Positions 62,831 through 64,000 of a stretch of 64,000 bases of DNA are shown here, in pieces. The DNA comes from Octopus sinensis (Eukaryota). Within the stretch, counting starts at the first letter, position 1. Every line of letters starts with the position of its first letter. The stretch covers positions 1,798,001 through 1,862,000 of the forward strand of contig NC_043022.1 in assembly GCF_006345805.1 (NCBI RefSeq), written 5' to 3'. Made by a program: the position numbers and the translations under genes. The notes below the pieces were generated by a model. That model was not told the origin of the DNA and did not search any database. It saw only the letters and a list, made by a program, of their open reading frames with translations.

Positions 62831-62877
62831 ACTTGATCAGCTAGAAATAACAGTCAAATCTCCCTCAAATTACATCT

Positions 62878-63276
62878 TACTCTTTACTCTTTTACTTGTT
62901 TCAGTCATTTGACTGTGGCCATGCTGGAGCACAGTCTTTAGTAGAGGAAATCGACCCCAGGACTTATTCTTTGTAAGCTGAGTACTTATTCTATCGGTCT
63001 CTTTTGCCAAACTGCTAAGTTACAGGGATGTAAACACACCAGCATCGGTTATCAAGTGATGTTGCAGGAGACAAACACAGACACACAAACACACACACAT
63101 ATAAATACATATACGACAGGCTCCTTTCAGTTTCCGTCTACCAGATCCACTCACAATGCTTTAGTCAGCCCAAGGCTGTAGTAGAAGACACTTGCCCAAG
63201 GTGCCATGCAGTGGGACTGAACCAGGAACCATGTGGTTGGTAAGCAAGCTACTTACCACACAGCCACTCCTGTGCG
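62878..63276 (-). mobile_element. SINE family A, full length
   Basis: Reverse complement of the consensus. Confidence 0.9.
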
Positions 63277-64000
63277 TTTAAAAAAAAACACAGGAAGGAC
63301 ACATTAAATTATGCAGTCCCAGGTACACAACATCCAAAAAGTAGATGAGGTGGTCACCACTGGAATGCATTTGGTCATAGGTTTTGCTCAATCATTACTG
63401 ACTTGGGGCTAAACAACAAAATCAACAACAGCAACAACAACTACACATGATACAATACAGAAGCCTTTCTTGTTGCTTGATCTGCTAGAAATAGCAGTCA
63501 AATCTCCCTCAAACTATATCTTACTGTTTAACAAAAAAACACAGGAATGACACATTAAATAATGTAGTCTCAGGTACACAATACCTAAAAAGTAGATGAG
63601 ATGGATACTGTTGGAATGTATTTGATCATAGGTTCTGCTCAATCATTACTGTCCCGGGGCTAAACAACAACAACATGAACAACTACGACATACTTATGAA
63701 CCCCACAGCCCCACATCCACAACATTACATTCGCCCCCTTCTAAGGCAGGGCAGGGTGGCAACAGATTGATTATGTTGGAATATTAAAAGGGGTTAAGAA
63801 GAAGAGTGTTGGGTGTCATAGAATTGCTCCCTAAATGATTCTCAATCTCACATTTCCTCCTTGTACCGGAAACTCTTTTGATAATACGGGAGCTTGCTCT
63901 TTCTCCCCCCCCCCCCCCCGCTCTCCACTGCCAGGCATCGTCTTACTACTTCTACTACTTCCCTCGTTAACCCAGGCAAAGAAAACCAAAAACAAACAAG

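Overview
AT-rich, repeat-saturated animal genomic DNA with no intact protein-coding gene that I can support. The SINE, LINE and microsatellite repertoire resembles that of octopus genomes as I recall them; this is an inference, not a database match. Nearly all ORFs in the track are translations of microsatellites, GAT/GGT low-complexity arrays or SINE copies. The window reads as a large intron or intergenic region. It holds about 30 copies of a tRNA-derived SINE with an internal (TA)n(TG)n tract, at least three other SINE families, 3' ends of RTE- and CR1-type LINEs, decayed Tc1/mariner transposons and MITEs, Helitron/Helentron-type elements, piggyBac- and hAT-like MITEs, and two solo LTRs, many of them nested. 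The most interesting signals are: (1) two inverted-repeat structures carrying minimal type-I hammerhead-ribozyme-like motifs, typical of Penelope-like retroelements, plus half-sites of a third family; (2) a candidate recursive-splicing site (polypyrimidine tract, CAG, then GTAAGT) on the minus strand with a putative exon just downstream; (3) several multi-level nests and templated insertions; (4) three unusual minisatellites. All coordinates were read by eye and may be off by a few bases.
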